Positions 5,695-8,645 of a DNA stretch of 8,645 bases are shown piece after piece; the first letter of the stretch is position 1; every line of letters starts with the position of its first letter. The stretch lies in IMG/VR virus record IMGVR_UViG_2548876856_000015; one strand, 5' to 3'. This DNA comes from a virus. Taxonomy: Duplodnaviria; Heunggongvirae; Uroviricota; Caudoviricetes. The notes below the pieces were generated by a model. It was not told where the DNA came from. It ran no database searches and saw only the letters and a list, made by a program, of their open reading frames with translations. Both the position numbers and the translations under genes were made by a program.

Positions 5695-6625
5695 ATTAAC
5701 CGGCTATGTATGGGATGGTTGCGCAGCGTCAGGCATGAAATTATCCAGCGTGGCAATTATGGCACGCCTGGCTGATTTCAGTAATGACGAAGGTGTGTGC
5801 TGGCCATCAATTGAAACCATTGCCCGCCAGATTGGCGCGGGGATGAGTACCGTCAGAACGGCTATCGCACGGCTGGAAGCAGAAGGCTGGTTAACGCGTA
5901 AGGCGCGTCGCCAGGGTAACCGCAATGCGTCGAATGTTTATCAGCTTAACGTTGCGAAGCTTCAGGCTGCGGCTTTTTCTCAACTGTCAGATTCTGACCC
6001 GTCAAAATCTGACGCATCAAAATCTGACCCGTCAAAATTTGATGCGTCGAAATCTGGCAAAAAAGCGGGTTTTCACCCGTCAGAATCTGGCGGGGATCCG
6101 TCAGTAAAATCAAAACATGATCCGTCAGATAAAAAAACTTCTCGTCCGGACGCTTCGCAACCGGACACGCAGACGGCTGAACAGGATTTTTTAACTCGCC
6201 ATCCTGATGCGGTTGTATTCAGCCCTAAAAAGCGCCAGTGGGGGACGCAGGATGATTTGACCTGCGCACAGTGGCTCTGGAAAAAAATCATCGCCCTGTA
6301 CGAGCAGGCTGCCGAATGTGACGGCGAGGTGGTTCGTCCCAAAGAACCGAACTGGACAGCCTGGGCAAACGAAATTCGCCTGATGTGTGTGCAGGATGGT
6401 CGTACTCACAAACAAATCTGCGAGATGTACAGCCGCGTCAGCCGCGATCCGTTCTGGTGCCGTAACGTGCTCAGCCCGTCGAAGCTGCGGGAAAAATGGG
6501 ATGAGCTTTCCCTGCGCTTATCGCCGTCCGTAAGCACGTACACCGAAAAACGCGAAGACCCGTACTTCAAATCCAGTTACGACAATGTGGACTACAGCCA
6601 GATCCCGGCAGGATTCAGGGGGTGA
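5684..6625 (+). CDS. Replication initiator protein (lambda O-like; N-terminal winged-helix/HTH domain; ori iterons inside the gene)
   Basis: 313 aa. N-terminal HTH segment SVAIMARLADFSNDEGVCWPSIETIARQIGAGMSTVRTAIARLEAEGWL. Internal 5-aa periodic low-complexity region encoded by tandem 15-bp DNA repeats. Position after the cII-like gene. SD GAGG at 5675-5678. Confidence 0.7.
   Translation: MSTKLTGYVWDGCAASGMKLSSVAIMARLADFSNDEGVCWPSIETIARQIGAGMSTVRTAIARLEAEGWLTRKARRQGNRNASNVYQLNVAKLQAAAFSQLSDSDPSKSDASKSDPSKFDASKSGKKAGFHPSESGGDPSVKSKHDPSDKKTSRPDASQPDTQTAEQDFLTRHPDAVVFSPKKRQWGTQDDLTCAQWLWKKIIALYEQAAECDGEVVRPKEPNWTAWANEIRLMCVQDGRTHKQICEMYSRVSRDPFWCRNVLSPSKLREKWDELSLRLSPSVSTYTEKREDPYFKSSYDNVDYSQIPAGFRG
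5987..6061. repeat. Five tandem 15-bp direct repeats (candidate ori iterons), followed by a CCGTCAG repeat family and an A-rich tract to about 6136
   Basis: Repeats: TCAGATTCTGACCCG, TCAAAATCTGACGCA, TCAAAATCTGACCCG, TCAAAATTTGATGCG, TCGAAATCTGGCAAA. CCGTCAG recurs at 6077, 6098 and 6122. GATAAAAAAAC at about 6128-6138. Confidence 0.6.
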
Positions 6626-6627
6626 TC

Positions 6628-7116
6628 ATGAGTCTGTTAAATGACGTTCAGAAATTCATTGAAGCCCATCCGGGGTGTACTTCCGGAGACATTGCGGATG
6701 CTTTTGCTGGTTACTCACGGCAGCGCGTTCTGCAGTCAGCAAGCAAGTTACGTCAGAGTGGACGTGTGGCTCACCGTTGTGAAGGAGATACACGCAGACA
6801 TTTCCCGCGCCTGACTGAGAGAGCGCAGGAGCCGAAACCACAACCAGTTCGTGAAACCAGACCTGTGCGTAATTTCTATGTCGGCACTAACGATCCCCGG
6901 GTGATTTTGTGCCTGACCCGCCAGGCGGAAGAACTGGAGTCCAGGGGCTTATACCGTCGTGCTGCAACCGTGTGGATGGCGGCATTCCGTGAAAGCCACT
7001 CCCAGCCAGAACGAAACAATTTTCTGGCGCGTCGTGAGCGGTGCTTACGGAAAAGCAGCAAGCGCGCTGCATCGGGTGAAGAGTGGTATCTGTCAGGGAA
7101 TTACGTGGGGGCTTAA
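6628..7116 (+). CDS. Hypothetical regulatory protein with a PerC-like C-terminal motif (tentative)
   Basis: ATG at 6628 preceded by AGGGGG (6616-6621); the ORF track starts at GTG 6622. The segment AEELESRGLYRRAATVWMAAF resembles the PerC-family motif as I recall it. The N-terminal ~60 aa look like a small winged-helix domain. Stop TAA overlaps the next start (TAATG at 7114-7118). Confidence 0.4.
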   Translation: MSLLNDVQKFIEAHPGCTSGDIADAFAGYSRQRVLQSASKLRQSGRVAHRCEGDTRRHFPRLTERAQEPKPQPVRETRPVRNFYVGTNDPRVILCLTRQAEELESRGLYRRAATVWMAAFRESHSQPERNNFLARRERCLRKSSKRAASGEEWYLSGNYVGA

Positions 7117-7442
7117 TGACGACGTTAACTCAATGCCAGCAGCAGGTGCTGGATATGCTGATTTCTTATCAGAAAGAACGTGGCTTCCCACCAACCAATC
7201 AGGAGGTGGCAACCATGCTGGGATACCGTTCGGTGAATGCAGCGGTGGAGCATCTTCGTGCTCTGGAGAAAAAAGGCGTCATCACGATAAAGCGTGGCGT
7301 GGCCCGGGGGATAACGCTTCATACCGCGGTGAAGGACGACGACAGCGAGGCGGTCGGGATTATCCGCTCACTGCTTGCCGGTGAGGAAAACGCCAGGCTG
7401 CGTGCAGCCCACTGGTTACATGAGAGGGGCCTGAAAGTATGA
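7116..7442 (+). CDS. LexA N-terminal DNA-binding-domain-like protein (no S24 peptidase domain)
   Basis: 108 aa from ATG 7116 (ORF track starts at 7083). LTQCQQQVLDMLISYQKERGFPPTNQEVATMLGYRSVNAAVEHLRALEKKGVITIKRGVARGITL aligns by eye with E. coli LexA residues ~1-70 ([65 protein letters not shown]). The C-terminus is short and has no Ser/Lys peptidase motifs. Confidence 0.65.
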   Translation: MTTLTQCQQQVLDMLISYQKERGFPPTNQEVATMLGYRSVNAAVEHLRALEKKGVITIKRGVARGITLHTAVKDDDSEAVGIIRSLLAGEENARLRAAHWLHERGLKV

Positions 7443-7828
7443 AGCTTATTCTGCCTTTTCCGCCCAGCGTGAACACGTACTGGCGACACCCCAACAAAGG
7501 GGCGTTTGCTGGTAAGAGCCTGATAAGCACGGCGGGGCGAAAATTCCAGAGCGCGGCGTGCGCAGCAATAGTTGAGCAGTTACGTCGTCTGCCGAAACCA
7601 ACGTCGGCACCTGCTGCAGTGGAGATCGTGTTGTTTCCACCGGATAACCGGATCCGCGATCTGGACAACTATAACAAGGCGCTGTTTGACGCCCTGACCC
7701 ACGCGGGTGTGTGGGAAGACGACAGTCAGGTGAAAAGAATGCTGGTGGAGTGGGGACCGGTTATCCCGGAAGGGAAGGTCGAGATCACTATCAGTAAGTA
7801 CGAGAAAACGGCGGGTGCAGCCGCCTGA
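7439..7828 (+). CDS. rusA: RusA Holliday-junction resolvase
   Basis: 129 aa. LPFPPSVNTYWRH..., DLDNYNKALFDALTHAGVWEDDSQV match the RusA hallmarks (LPWPPS.N.Y.RH; DLDN..KA.FDALT.AG.W.DD.QV). ATGA overlap with the upstream gene. Confidence 0.9.
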   Translation: MKLILPFPPSVNTYWRHPNKGAFAGKSLISTAGRKFQSAACAAIVEQLRRLPKPTSAPAAVEIVLFPPDNRIRDLDNYNKALFDALTHAGVWEDDSQVKRMLVEWGPVIPEGKVEITISKYEKTAGAAA

Positions 7829-7847
7829 TTAAGAGGAGAAACGAAGT

Positions 7848-8645
7848 ATGAATAATCTGATGGTCATTGATGGTATTGAAGTTCGTCGTGATGCTTATGG
7901 TCGTTACAGCCTGAACGATCTGCACAGGGCTGCCGGTTCTCTGGATAAGCATAAGCCTGCATTCTGGCTCCGCAATGAGCAAACTGAACGTTTAATAAGC
8001 GAGTTGCAGATTTGCAACTCGGTCAATATAGAGCCAGTTAACGTTATTCGTGGCGGAAATAACCAGGGGACGTATGTCTGCAAAGAACTGGTGTATGCCT
8101 ATGCAATGTGGATCAGCCCGTCATTCCATCTGAAGGTGATCCGTACTTTCGATATGGTAACCAGCGCACCGGAAAAATTATCCGGGCAGGCTGCTGACAA
8201 GATGCAGGCAGGTGTGATTCTGCTGGACTTTATGCGCAGGGAGTTAAACCTGTCTAACTCTTCAGTGCTTGGTGCCTGTCAGAAGCTTCAGGAGGCTGTT
8301 GGCTTACCGAATCTGGCACCGCGCTATGCCATTGATGCTCCTGCTGATGCACTCGATGGCTCAAGCCGCCCTACGCTATCATTGAGTGCACTGCTGAAGC
8401 AGTATGGTATCCGCCTTACGGCTAATCAGGCATATCACCAGATGGTGAAGCTGGGGATCGTCGAACAGCGCGAACGATACAGCCGTACCGCGATTAACAA
8501 CATCAAAAAATTCTGGTCGCTGACAGCGAAAGGCTGCATGTTCGGCAAGAACATCACCAGTCCCGCAAATCCGCGCGAGACGCAGCCGCACTTTTTCGAA
8601 TCCCGATTCCCTGAGCTGTTAAAGCTGCTCGATACCGTTCATTGA
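7848..8645 (+). CDS. KilA-N domain protein (antirepressor-like)
   Basis: 265 aa. N-terminal region MVIDGIEVRRDAYGRYSLNDLHRAAG...KPAFWLRNEQTERLISEL...CKELVYAYAMWISPSFHLKVIRTFD is typical of the KilA-N domain. GAGGAG at 7833-7838, 9 nt before the ATG. Stop at the window end. Confidence 0.7.
   Translation: MNNLMVIDGIEVRRDAYGRYSLNDLHRAAGSLDKHKPAFWLRNEQTERLISELQICNSVNIEPVNVIRGGNNQGTYVCKELVYAYAMWISPSFHLKVIRTFDMVTSAPEKLSGQAADKMQAGVILLDFMRRELNLSNSSVLGACQKLQEAVGLPNLAPRYAIDAPADALDGSSRPTLSLSALLKQYGIRLTANQAYHQMVKLGIVEQRERYSRTAINNIKKFWSLTAKGCMFGKNITSPANPRETQPHFFESRFPELLKLLDTVH

Larger units (their letters stand above)
1..8645. mobile_element. Lambdoid prophage segment (integration module, immunity region, early replication/nin-like genes)
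   Basis: Gene order int-xis ... cI / cro - cII-like - O-like (with iterons) - ... - rusA - KilA-N reproduces the lambda early-region layout. int and xis overlap by 20 nt as in lambda. Window edges coincide with gene ends, so the element continues beyond both sides. Confidence 0.8.

Noticed and set aside
5419-5925. Minus-strand ORFs 5419-5691 and 5704-5925
   Set aside because: They are antisense to the plus-strand operon and span the boundaries of the plus-strand genes. They have no RBS and are inconsistent with the unidirectional coupled operon.
5925-6107. 60-aa ORF with QNLT-type repeats; possibility of a CRISPR-like array
   Set aside because: The repetition is a frame artefact of the 15-bp tandem iterons inside the O-like gene. 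The repeats are contiguous with no unique spacers, so this is not a CRISPR array.
6876-7384. Overlapping ORFs 6876-7061 (-), 6887-7072 (-), 6959-7384 (+) and 7125-7322 (-)
   Set aside because: They overlap the PerC-like and LexA-like CDSs in alternative frames, show typical GC-rich shadow-frame composition and have no start signals.
8379-8591. 70-aa minus-strand ORF inside the KilA-N gene
   Set aside because: Antisense shadow ORF within a well-supported plus-strand CDS, with no start signals.

Overview
The window reads as the integration–immunity–early replication segment of a lambda-like (lambdoid) temperate prophage from an enterobacterial host. All calls come from reading the ORF translations and DNA by eye; no database or structure search was run.

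Layout, left to right:
- An AT-rich orphan ORF (1-471, minus) sits beyond the integrase 3' end.
- int (572-1699) and xis (1680-1925) lie on the minus strand with a 20-nt overlap, followed upstream by an HD-domain hydrolase (1980-2516).
- A GC-rich island with no credible ORF (about 2586-2935) contains a strong hairpin plus T-run on the minus strand.
- Two small convergent ORFs overlap at their 3' ends (3036-3227 plus; 3189-3365 minus).
- A cI-like repressor (3745-4437, minus) is flanked by matching operator motifs on both sides and diverges from a cro-like gene (4535-4795).
- A tightly coupled plus-strand operon follows: CII-like regulator, a frame-ambiguous small gene, an O-like replication initiator with an internal iteron array, a PerC-like protein, a LexA-N-terminal-domain-only protein, RusA and a KilA-N protein.

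No rRNA, tRNA or CRISPR array was seen.

Most worth a second look:
1. A near-consensus LexA (SOS) box inside the cI coding sequence, in the same element that encodes a LexA DNA-binding-domain-only protein.
2. The structured non-coding island between the small genes and HD-xis-int.
3. The AT-rich cargo ORF at the int end.
4. A frame discontinuity in the gene between the CII-like and O-like genes.
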